Shown here piece by piece: positions 1-11,100 of a stretch of DNA of 64,000 bases. The notes under the pieces were generated by a model. The model saw only the letters and a program-made list of their open reading frames with translations. It ran no database searches and was not told the origin of the DNA. The stretch comes from Fistulifera solaris. Lineage: Eukaryota. The stretch spans positions 1,302,001-1,366,000 of the forward strand of contig AP026164.1 of NCBI GenBank assembly GCA_030295235.1, given 5' to 3'. The position numbers and the translations under genes are program-made. Numbering within the stretch: position 1 is the stretch's first letter; every line of letters begins with the position of its first letter.

Positions 1-977
1 AGATGGTAGCAGAAGCTCACAACCCCTTAGGAGCCTTCAGCCTATTAAAGTTCAGAGGTTCCATTGAACACATGTCGATGATTTACTCTGACAATCGGGA
101 CTTTTCAGTTTTCTCGAATGAAATTCTGCTTAAGCGAACGTTCGCGTCTTCAGAGCAAATTTTAAATGAATGTATGCGTCGCGGACATCATCAACGGTTG
201 CTCATCACCGCATCTCTGTGTCTTGGAAGCAACCAAAGGTCCCAAAAAGGAAAGATATCTAAGAATACGATCGATCAAGAGAAGTGTTGCAAGAGTCTGT
301 TATCGACCATTCAATCGGCAGATGCGTTTTCGCTCGACCAAAGGTACAGCTTTATGCTCAAGTCAATGCACGGGCTATGCTTTGCTATTTCTGTGTTTGG
401 AGCTGGAATTTATCCCGATTCGTCAACTATTGAAGACACATTAGAAAGTAGAGAGGAGAAAATCGTATCGTATCTTTGTGCTGCTGAAAATGACTTGAAT
501 AATGGTGTCAAAACTTTTCCTTTTGCTTCGAATGTAATATCCGTTGCTGAGGTATGCCGGTTAGTTCCTGATTGCCTTATTCCAATTTTTGCTCTCTTTC
601 GCATGTGTCTCCGTGCTGCGGAGCTTTACGGGTGGGGTCCTCGAAAACATAAATCGAAACCCTGCGCTTCAGCTGTATTTTCTTTGTACACTACAATTCG
701 ATTTTTGATTAAGCAAATGAAGGATTGCATTTCAAGGTAAGAATGTTGTCATTCTTTGAATCTTCTCTCGCGAACTAATTTTCACCCGAATTTAAGTTTG
801 CCTGATACAACGTTGCACACAGGCGAATTTGATTCAAATCTTCTTTCGGAATTAGCAGACAGAAGGGTCTGCAAGGATACTATAGAACACATTTTTAATG
901 GGCAGGAGAGCACTCGCTCTCGTGTCAGTATGGTGCTGGACGCTATGATTGAATCTCTGGAATCGCAATGTGAATGA
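1..977 (+). CDS. 3' part of an uncharacterised protein gene (5'-truncated by the window edge)
   Basis: Open frame 3..740 ends at a GTAAG donor (~737). An acceptor CACAG (~822) leads into the ORF ending at 977. No family recognised. Confidence 0.5.
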
Positions 978-1115
978 TACCAACGTTATTAGTATCAGTT
1001 GATCGCCTTTTCTATTCAATTCTCGTTCTCGGCCTGTTGATCATGTTGGCGTGATTACCGTATTTTATTTGATTAGTATTGACAAGGACAGTCCTATGTT
1101 CTTATGGATCCACAA

Positions 1116-4100
1116 TTAAATAGTTCCTTTGAAGTTCGCAACGCGATGCTCTTTGAGCTCAGTCCTACCTGAAGCTTTACGCTTCAAAGCGGCCTGAGCA
1201 GAAGCAAGTCTTGCAACCGGCACACGGAACGGAGAGCACGAGACGTAGTCCAACCCAACATCATCGAAGAACTCAATTGACGCGGCATCACCTCCATGCT
1301 CACCACAGACAGACAACGAAAGTGAGGGGTTAACAGAACGCCCTTTTGCCGCAGAGAGACGAAGCAGCCATCCCACTCCATCGGCATCAATTGTCTTAAA
1401 TGGGTCCTTTTGAAAATTCCAAGCTCGTTGTATTTGGGTATGAATTCTCCAGCGTCATCTCGCGAGATCCCAAGCGTCATTTGAGTCAAGTCGTTGGTAC
1501 CAAAGGAAAAGAACTTGCAGAGAAAGTCGCCGGTTTCTGGATCTGTGGTTGCAGCAATTTTTTCCGATTGCAACGCAGCGCTGGGTACTTCGATCATGGT
1601 TCCTATTTGATAGCGAAGGTCCTTTTTCCTTTCCTTTTAACCTTCTCAGCGGTGCTCTTTACCAACAGAGCCTGATGCTCAAACTCCCGGACATTTCCAA
1701 CCAAGGGTATCATGATACGAGGGAACGGGTTTGCGCTAGGGTCGACGTCGATGATGTCAGCAGCTGCATTCATAATAGCTTCTACCTGCATCGTTGTCAA
1801 CTCGGGACGACAAATACCCAAACGACAGCCGCGTAAGCCGAGCATAGGGTTTTCTTCGTGCATTTTTTCTATATCGATCTTGAGTTGATGGACATCATCG
1901 TAACCAAGCTCTTTGCCATACTTTCGCTAACTGAAGAGAGCGGTGGAGTAAACTCATGCAACGGAGGATCTAGGAGGCGCACGGTTACAGGATTGTCACC
2001 CATGGCCTTAAAAATATCCCTAAAGTCCGAACGCTGAAATTCACGTAGCTTTTCGATACCTACACCATGAAGAATCCATGCTCGAACATGCGGTAGACGC
2101 GCATGATCGAAGAACATGTGTTCGGTGCGAGTTAATCCGATTCCCTTGGCGCCGAGTTCAACTGCTTTGGCCGAGTCGGGTCCAGAATCGGCGTTCGTCA
2201 TAACCTTGCAAGAATCGTCGATTTCGTCTGCCCAACTTAGCAGCATGCCGAAATCGCCATCAACCGTTGGTGATTCGGTCGGGATGGCGCATCGTATTAC
2301 TTCACCGGTAGAACCGTTGATTGAGATCACGTCGTTTGCCTTAAACACCTCTCCAGTGCTTTTAATAGTCATGATATTATTTTGAGCGTCAATTTCTATA
2401 TCGCTGCATCCACAGACACAAGGCTTGCCCCAGCTGCGAGCCACCACGGCTGCGTCGTGCATAAAGAGAGCCAAGAAAGTGAGATAAGTATGAGTATCGA
2501 TAGACTCAGAGTAACAGCGACCACCTTACCTGCGTGACTAGTAACACCTCCACGAGAGGTGAGGATACCCTTGGAAGCCCACATACCGCCAACGTCTTCG
2601 GGCGATGTATTCTCACGAACTAAAATTAGATCCTCAGAAGAACGTTCTTCGGCCTCTTCAGTGTGAAAGCATAGCTTCCCCACCGCAGCTCCAGGACCTC
2701 CTTGGAGACCAATGGCAATGATGTTATTCTTATACTGCGGAGAATCGAGAACCTTTTGTGGAAAGGTTGGGTGCAAAACTTGTTTGACATGATCGGGCTC
2801 GACATTGAGGAGTGCCTCCTCGCGGCTGCAAATACCTTCTTTCACTAGATCGACTGCTATCTTGATAGCAGCATGGCCGGTTCGTTTACCAGATCGGCAT
2901 TGAAGCATCCATAGTTTTCCTTCCTGTACGGTGAACTCTACATCCTGCATGTCCTTAAAATGCCTGCGAAAAGGTGCAGCTTTTAATGTTGGTCAAAACG
3001 GAAAGATTATTCGTTCGATCGCAAAACGCACACTTACCTCTCTAGGGCGTTCACATTTTTAATGAATTCCTTGTAAGCTTCTGGGAGATTTCTTTCCATG
3101 GTGGAAATGGGCTCGGGCGTCCGAATACCAGCAACGACATCCTCTCCTTGAGCGTTGATCAGATATTCGCCCTTTAACTTGGCCTCCCCTGTTCCAGGAT
3201 CGCGGCTAAAGGCAACTCCAGTCCCCGAACTTTCTCCGAGATTTCCAAACACCATGGTCTGAACATTTGTGGCTGTTCCAAGCAGCGAGGTAATGTTGTT
3301 CAATTTTCGATATTTGATGGCGCGACTAGAATTCCAAGATCCAAATACGGCTCGCACACACTTTTGAATTTGCTCGAAGGGATCTTGAGGAAATTTCAAG
3401 CCCTTGTCTTCGTACACCTTATAGTATGCTTGACACAGCTCCATCAAATGGTCGGCATTCAACTCGAGATCCGTCTGGGCGCCATATTTCTTCTTCAAAG
3501 CCGCATGCTTTTCTTCAAAGTCCTCGTGGGGAATTCCCAAAACGACATCGCCAAACATGTCGAGGAGACGACGAAATGAATCGTAAGCGAATCGAGGGTT
3601 CCCTGTCGCCAAAGCGAGACCTTTGACTGTTTCATCATTCAATCCACTACACATAAAGAAGTCAGACTTTGAAAATTCAGTTTCTTCAATCGAATCATGC
3701 GAAAGGAACTTACATGTTAAGGACAGTATCCATCATACCGGGCATGCTTTTGGCGGCACCACTACGGCACGACAATAGTAATGGATTCGTGGCATCACCA
3801 AAGATCTTGCCCATGTCATTCTCTAGGCGAGCAATCGCCTTCTTGACTTCCCTCCCACATTTCGGGTGGTAGATCATTCGTTTGTTGGTATATCTGACAA
3901 AGAGGAGTTGTCAAAGTAAATCCCGGTGGCACGGCAATGCCGATCGACCCCATTTCTTGTAATCCGAGTCCTTTTCCGCCTAGTATGTGTCGGTTGGGGT
4001 TCTGGATGGGTACAGCCGATCCACCGAAGGGTACCACAGCCTCAATGATGCCATCTTTGGCGCATTCCATCACCATCGGATCCAGTCCGGGGCGATTGGC

Positions 4101-4121
4101 GTCCATCATGACGGTAGTCAT
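1116..4121 (-). CDS. PPDK: Pyruvate, phosphate dikinase (3 introns, several apparent sequencing frameshifts)
   Basis: Motifs [67 protein letters not shown] (phospho-His), [21 protein letters not shown] and SVCGEHGGD. Introns ~3648-3713, ~2964-3038 and ~2450-2529 have GT..AG ends. Confidence 0.95.
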
Positions 4122-5019
4122 GGTTGAATTCGTTTTTGTTGATCAAAACAGTTGTATTATACTCCGTAAATCAGTTTTATGGGAAGAACTGGATGTACGT
4201 TCGTCGCGTTGGATGAATTCAGTTTGGAGTTCGCATAGTTTGACACCTGTGATCGTTACAGTAGGAAGTTGCGAACTCCGCAACCCGAACCTCTGCTGTT
4301 TCATCATCGGACCGTACAAGTTGAAACGTGTACTCTGTTCACCCAACTTTTCCTAGTGATCAACCACTCAATCACATAACATCTATTTTATTCCTCTTCA
4401 TTGTTGTTAGTTCGGTATGTTAGTACAACACCAGGTAACGTTCGTGATTTCAAGCTTTTGAGACAGCGTCCAAAAATAAGCGATTCCGGCATAGGGTTTA
4501 GGGATAGTAATGTCTCGCTCGGAAGAAACCACAATGCATAACTACTGAAAAGCAGTGGTGGCGAAAAGGGAACCCACAGTCAAAGTACACTGTCCAATCC
4601 ATAGTGAAAACTTCCTTGAGGAGAGTCGTCGAGCGCTGTGTCATGGAGTATCTATGTTGTGGAAAACCAGTGTACCAGGTACGGAAAAACTAAGGTAATG
4701 ACGAGACAACAAACAACCTTCGCACCTAACCCTGGAGTAATAAGTAGGCTTTATTGGGAGGAATCATCGTGTCAAGACAGCTGGTGTCGAGATCATTGAC
4801 ATTAGTCGTGCAGGGCCAATACGCTCGCTCCCAAGCCTTTAATAGTTTGCAAATTGCTGAAAAATCGCACTCTATCACCCCCAATTTGACCATCGACAGT
4901 TTCGACCAAGTTGGCCATTCGTATTGCAGAGATTGGACACCTCTTCAGTGCATCAAACGGCAAACAAGGTAAAGAGCTACATTACTCTTTTTCTATTTTC
5001 TATTATTTTACCTTGACTT

Positions 5020-5098
5020 GGATCTCTGTTCTTCCGTATTTACTATATAACTCAAGTGTTCACTGTTTTTCGCCACGACTGCATTTCAGTCATGAGTC
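5020..5098. repeat. Dispersed intergenic repeat family ending in the hairpin CCACGACTGCATTTCAGTCATGA
   Basis: Long copies at 5020-5098, 5259-5319 (partial) and 35711-35771. Short opposite-orientation copies at 5485-5510, 7854-7878, 21048-21073 and 21271-21299. Degenerate copy at 4543-4567. Confidence 0.85.
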
Positions 5099-5387
5099 AC
5101 TTTCCTTCCGAACAACGCTACTAGGCTACTACGCTCCTACCAAACTTCCATTTTGATTGTGCTCAATTAGCGGGCGTTTTTTTGTTTCATTCAGAAAGCA
5201 GTAGCGTTCAGCAGCATTTGCAATAGACGCGGCGACTCATGATGCCGAAAGTCCTTGCGGATCTCTGTTTTTCTGTATTTACTATATACCTCAAGTGTTG
5301 ACTGTTTTTCGCCACGACTATTTAAAACTTAATGACGATCACGTCAAGTTTGCAAGGGAGAGGTTACATAGAGATGTCTGGGGTCTG

Positions 5388-5466
5388 GGAAGGACGTTAA
5401 AATTCTGCCTCCCAGTACAAGATTCTACGTAGCGTCCACGACAAGGCAGAATTTTAACGCCGTTTC
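5388..5466. repeat. ~80-bp palindromic (MITE-like) element, copy A
   Basis: GTTAAAATTCTGCCT...AGGCAGAATTTTAAC inverted arms around a conserved spacer containing CTACGTAG. Homologous copies at 23275-23353 and 61701-61779. Confidence 0.85.
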
Positions 5467-5679
5467 TGTCTCGGCTATATCATGATTCATGACTGAAATG
5501 CAGTCGCGGCACATGCTGTGGAATTTGGTGGAACCGAGAACCCGATCCAAGCATTTTCGATGAAAATCATCGCCGCGTGCACTGTAAAAAACAAGCTGCC
5601 TTGTTGGATATTCACTTCCATGTGACCGAGTTTATAATTCAAAAAGTATTCATTTCCAAATCTTGCATGCGAAAAAATC

Positions 5680-7422
5680 ATGTCCGACCAAAGCCGCCGT
5701 CGCTTTCCCGTGGGAGATCCCCGTAAATCGGCGGAGCAATATCATCAAGATATGTTCCAACGAAGGCAAACACATACCGTGTCGCTTCGGAAGGAGCGTA
5801 AGGAAGAGAGACTGTGGCGTCGTCGACGACAACCCCCGCATTCGACCTCAGATAGAGTTGTCACAGTCGATGAGCTACTGCAACAGTACAATTTGTTCCT
5901 CGACAATCCTCACGAAATCGAAAAACTGAAAGAGTTACAAACGTCCATGGCCATCGATTCGGCATCGACCCACCAGTTTTTACAACAGTTGATTGATAAC
6001 CCTGATTTAGAAACACGGAACCGCTTATTGATTGCCAGTCTACGGAAGATATTAGAGGAAAATTCCGGAACGATGGATGACAAAGGCAAGGCTTCATTTA
6101 AGGTTCTGATGGAAGTGACGTTCTTTTCGTTGAATGTACCGAAACCGTCTGCCGACGATTATTATGGCATGCCAGCATTGCGCTGGTCCGATATTGTACA
6201 AGAGGATGAACTATTGATAAATTTACTGGTGGACTGGCTTCGGGTACCATCCGCCAATGAAGAAAGCGTAGGATACGTATGCATAATCGTGGGAAACTTG
6301 TTACACGATTCGGCTAGGTTAATTCCATTTCTTACATCGGCATGGGGTGCTATCGTCAAGCAACTGCCTTTTTCATCGTATCTTTGTGCCACTCTTATCC
6401 GAGAGGACTCTACTCACTTGGGTGCTTCATTTTTGTATGATTTGACTCCCGAGAAAATAGCAACCCTGCTACGAGAAAGTAGCACGGCGGAGGAAGCCTC
6501 GTTCATCCTAGAAGGATTGAGTCGCAGAGAAGAAGAGGCGGTTCAGATATTGTGTGGATCCTTGGAGTTGATGTACGCCATTGTCGCTGTTTTAGAAGAG
6601 AGCATGACTTCGTCAAATACTCAGGTCCTTGGGCCCCTGCTACGGGCAACACGCAACATTTTCAAACAAAGTCAGCACGCGAAGGGCTTATTGTTACATC
6701 CGTCGTTTCTACCGATCATCTCCAGCATTATGGAACAAGGAACTGAACTCGACTCTCTCGAAGTCGCTACCGCTCTCTTAACCTGGAACGGTACACTTGG
6801 TAACGATGAAATTGGCACTTTACTTGTACAGACACTGCTGCCGGTCCTTGTTCGGATTATAACATCGTCCAGCGCCTCATTTCCCTGGAAGCGAGATGCT
6901 GCGTGGGCGGTGTGCTGTTCTTTGCATCACGACTGGTCAATCGAACACCACGCTGTGTCACCGCAGGCGAAAGGCATCTCTGTCACGTGGTTGTCAAACC
7001 AATTGAGCGTCCCCCAATCCGATTTCGTTCGCTCTTTGACGGATCTCTTAACCAGTCCTGATATGGAAGCTGTTATTCCTGCATTGCAAATTCTTGACGT
7101 GTTGTTACGTACGATTCAAGCGACGCAACAAATCTTTGAAAGTGCCGGAGGAGTAGATCGGCTGGACATGATTTGTGAAAGGGGCGGTGAAGGAAGTCTC
7201 TCAGATTTTGCTTCGCTTTTAGCTGCGGATCTTCTGGACGATTTGTTTGAGGCAGATATCGAAGAAGATTCTATCATACTTCCATGCAGAGGAGAGAATG
7301 AGTTTGCTTTCGGTGTCATGGAACCTCAAAAGGCATTTGACTTCGGTGTGGGGAATCAACCAGGTCCCGGTCGCGGTCGCGGCCTCACAATCCCCGCATG
7401 GATGCAACAGTCGAAGAGATAG
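5680..7422 (+). CDS. Divergent importin-alpha-like protein (IBB-like N-terminus + ARM-like helical repeats)
   Basis: 580-aa ORF. RRQTHTVSLRKERKEERLWRRR resembles the importin-beta-binding domain. KRDAAWAV and FESAGGVDRLD resemble importin-alpha C-terminal ARM repeats, followed by FAFG/FDFG. Confidence 0.7.
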   Translation: MSDQSRRRFPVGDPRKSAEQYHQDMFQRRQTHTVSLRKERKEERLWRRRRQPPHSTSDRVVTVDELLQQYNLFLDNPHEIEKLKELQTSMAIDSASTHQFLQQLIDNPDLETRNRLLIASLRKILEENSGTMDDKGKASFKVLMEVTFFSLNVPKPSADDYYGMPALRWSDIVQEDELLINLLVDWLRVPSANEESVGYVCIIVGNLLHDSARLIPFLTSAWGAIVKQLPFSSYLCATLIREDSTHLGASFLYDLTPEKIATLLRESSTAEEASFILEGLSRREEEAVQILCGSLELMYAIVAVLEESMTSSNTQVLGPLLRATRNIFKQSQHAKGLLLHPSFLPIISSIMEQGTELDSLEVATALLTWNGTLGNDEIGTLLVQTLLPVLVRIITSSSASFPWKRDAAWAVCCSLHHDWSIEHHAVSPQAKGISVTWLSNQLSVPQSDFVRSLTDLLTSPDMEAVIPALQILDVLLRTIQATQQIFESAGGVDRLDMICERGGEGSLSDFASLLAADLLDDLFEADIEEDSIILPCRGENEFAFGVMEPQKAFDFGVGNQPGPGRGRGLTIPAWMQQSKR

Positions 7423-8170
7423 ATTCCAACGCTTTTAAACATATTAAATGTTGTAGGTATATTGGCAGGCTATAAAGCCCCCTTCGAGCGCCAATCCATT
7501 CAATGAAAACATAATTGTTAGCGAATAACGTGTTCCAATTCGTCGGTTTATAGCCCAAAGGCAACTCAACCCAAAGAACCGAATTGAGTCGGAAACTACG
7601 CTTCTACGCCACACGACGTAGGAAACAAATGTGAGAAATAACGCCCAGCACTTCGTGTCATTGGCTGTTGTAACGGATTCCATTGGATTTCACACCAAAG
7701 ACAGTGATAAAACTGTTGTTCCGGAAGAGACCAGTCTGACAACGTATTTTCCGTACGTAATCGACGCATTCATCGCAAACGATGCTAAAGATAACTGCAT
7801 TTTGCTTAAGGCATTTAGTTAGTTTGGACGCCTGTTTAGGATGGACACTTTTGATTCATGACTGAAATGCAGTCGTGGTTAAGTTGAGTCGTCAACACTT
7901 GAGGCCATAGTAACCATCCACATCATAAATGTCTGTACGGGACTCAAATCTTTGTACGACATCAACGGCTCAAATTTCGCAATGACAGCGAGGACGACGG
8001 ACACACCAACCCTGTGGTTGCTGCTGCGTTGCGCTGTTTTTGCTACGACGAACAGCAGAGACACAATGGATGATCGAGGTATGCGAAGCTGACTTCTTTT
8101 GTGCATAAATGTTATCGTTACATCAAGAGCCCTGTCAACCGTGTATCGTTTGCAATTTAATTGATGTAAA

Positions 8171-11100
8171 ATGAGTAGTCGCGATGATGATGACGGATTG
8201 CTCGATGAATCTGAATCATCGGATACCGGATTTGAGCCTCCGAAAAAACGCAAAAAAACCGATTCGAAAAAGTCTTTCATCGATGACGCAGCAGAAGAGA
8301 GCGGAGAAGATGGAGATGATAATGATGAAGACGAGGAAGATGACGATGATATCAATGATTACGTAAAAGACGGTTTTGTTGTGGACGAAGATGAAGAAGA
8401 AAACAAGAAAAAGGATGATTTAGAGGATTCCGATGACGAAGATGACGACGACGAGGATGATGACGATGAAAGCCCAAGGAAAACATCAGACAAAGAAGCA
8501 AGTAGAAAACGGTTGAAGAAACTCCGCAGGACGCGCGACACAGATTTACTCGATGAAGACGATCTTGCACTTATCCAGGAGGCTCAAGCCGGTGAAGATC
8601 GAGCCGACAAAGAGGCTGCTCAGCGGCAGCGGTGCTTGCACGATCCGAAGCCGAACTCCGTCGAGGATTGTTTGCCGACCAGGAAGACGAGGATGAGATG
8701 CCCCGACCTGCACGTCGACCAGAGCGAGTGGAAGAATACGACGAGTACGACGATGGGTTCATTGAAGATGACATTGGTGATCAAGGCGAAATCCGTGCTT
8801 CCGAACGAAGAGGGGGTATGTTTGATGATGAAGATGCGAGGGAAGTAAGCGAAGCTCAATTAAATGAAGCAAGCGAGATATTCGGTACCGATTACTTGGA
8901 GTTCATGGCAGCTGAACAACCAGATGATGACGAAGAGGAATTATTTGGCAAGTACCGTGAACGTGGAATCGACGCAGGGGATGAGTCTGAAGAAGAAGAG
9001 AGCGACGATGACGACCTTTTTGGAGACGACGACGATGATGATGCATTGGACGGAGAAACGGCCCAGCAGAAAGCCGAAGCTTTGAAGCTAAAACGCGAAA
9101 AGCGAGCACTGGCAAAAGCCGAGCGTCGTCGAGCTGCTTTGCAAAAGAAAGCGCAAAGACGTAAAGCCCAGCTTAGAAAAGCCTTTGAGCCTGTCCAGCT
9201 TGTTGAAAACTTTTGTACTGATCGAGATGACGACATTCGCCAAACAGATATCCCCGAACGCTTTTACGATTGGAAAACTCCTTTTGATGGTTCAAGGGAA
9301 GATGGCTTGACCGATTCGGAAAGAATTAAAGCGGAGTGGATAGCTGAACGTATTCCGAAAATCTGTGCAGAGATCGCCAATAGTACGAGTGAGGACGAGA
9401 AGATTCGCGTTTGGAAGGCTATCGCAAACGCTCTTCGCTTCATGCATCGTGACAAGCTTGAGCCTTCATTTTTAAAGCACTATCGCAGAGATTACATTCA
9501 ATCTGCCGCAGTTCGCGAAAGCCTATATGACATTATGGATGAAGACTCTGAGTGGCACAATATGCTCAATGCTAGAAAGAAGGTAGAAGACCTTTTGCAG
9601 AGATCAATGCAACAATAGAAGTCGAACATTCTCAGAACGTTGATGTAGAGCAAATTCAGAAACTTCAGGCTGATTTAAAGACGGCAGAAGAGCAGCTTAA
9701 CGATACTGCAAAACAAGAAACACAAGTAAAACATGAGCTTGAAGCTTTGGGAGCTGCCCATGACGACGACGATGATGATGAGCTTTTTGGGGACGACGAT
9801 GATGATGACGGAGAAGTGAGTTTGGCCTCTCGACGTTGTTTTGTTACCATCGCATTTCCATTAACCTAACCTAATCACTGTTTCGTTTCAGGAGAAGAAG
9901 AGAGAGCGAACAAGGCTTACTCAACATCTCGAAACAATCCAGTCACTTTTGGAAGCACGCGCAGAGAAAGTTGCGCAACTGCAGTCGCAGCTTCAAGTTG
10001 CAGAGGCAAAAATCAATCATTGAGCGACGGGGGATCCATCGCAAGAATAATGAGAAAAACGCACAAAAAAATCACTGTGGGATGTGCCTGACTATACTCA
10101 GTATCTACTAGGGCTTCAAGATACTCGCCACATAGTTGACATGAATGTTTACCTCACTCTAATAAAGGAAGGAAATGACGCCATCAGGAAGAAGGAGCTC
10201 CCAGCTCTTGTGTTGAAAGAAGGTATGGGCGAACGACGGAAACGCAGCCGTAGATTTGACCGGGATTTCTACAGGACTTGCGTATCAGAAGGTCTTCGAG
10301 CCGTTTGTTATCGTTTTCTCTTGTCGCCTTCGCGAGTTGGTATCAAATTGGAGGACTCGGTACAGTATGGAAAGTTTGACTTTTCAAAGCCTCTACCCGG
10401 TTCAGAAGAACAGAGTGTTGATCCTCTTCAATGGGTCGCGCCAACTATTCCAGACAAGAGTCCATCCGATTTTGCCAATGATTTAATAGGAAGTGGAGAG
10501 CTTGTTTTGCTTTCTTCGCCAGATCTTGCCGACATGTCAGAAAGTAACGATCCTTTACGTGGCTGCAGATACGTTGCCGCGACAGAACTGGCAGCCGAAC
10601 CTAGGGTTCGACGAACTCTTAGAGAAATTTATCGCAAACATGCCGTGCTGACCACTAGACCGACAAAGAAAGGGTTGGATGTGATTGATGCGTTTCATGA
10701 CTACTACGGCATCCACTTGATCTTTGCGAAACCCGTAAAGGACCATTTCCCTGTGGATGCAGAGGAATCACAACGGCGGAAGGACACGCTTGGTTCATCG
10801 GAACAGAAAGAATACGATAAGGAGATGACAGAGCGCCAGAGGCGAAGCTGCCTACAATACTTACACGTTCTTAAGGCTGAGCAAACCGGACTAGTCTCTC
10901 TTCATGTTCACCTACCGTTGAAAGAAAAACGAGACGACTGGTATAGTATCGATACCGATCAGCTGCTGAACACGAACCAGAACTTAAAGCCTTTGCTTGA
11001 TGAAGTTGAAAAAGTTTACCTTCCACTAGACGCAGACGAATTCAACGAGGAACGCCGAAAAGTGGTGCATATGGCATTGGTCAGCTTCCTTCTTCCTCAA

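Noticed and set aside
7879..9850. Antisense Ser-rich ORFs opposite SPT6 (and similar ones opposite other genes)
   Set aside because: Shadow ORFs produced by GAT/GAC/GAA acidic codon runs on the coding strand.
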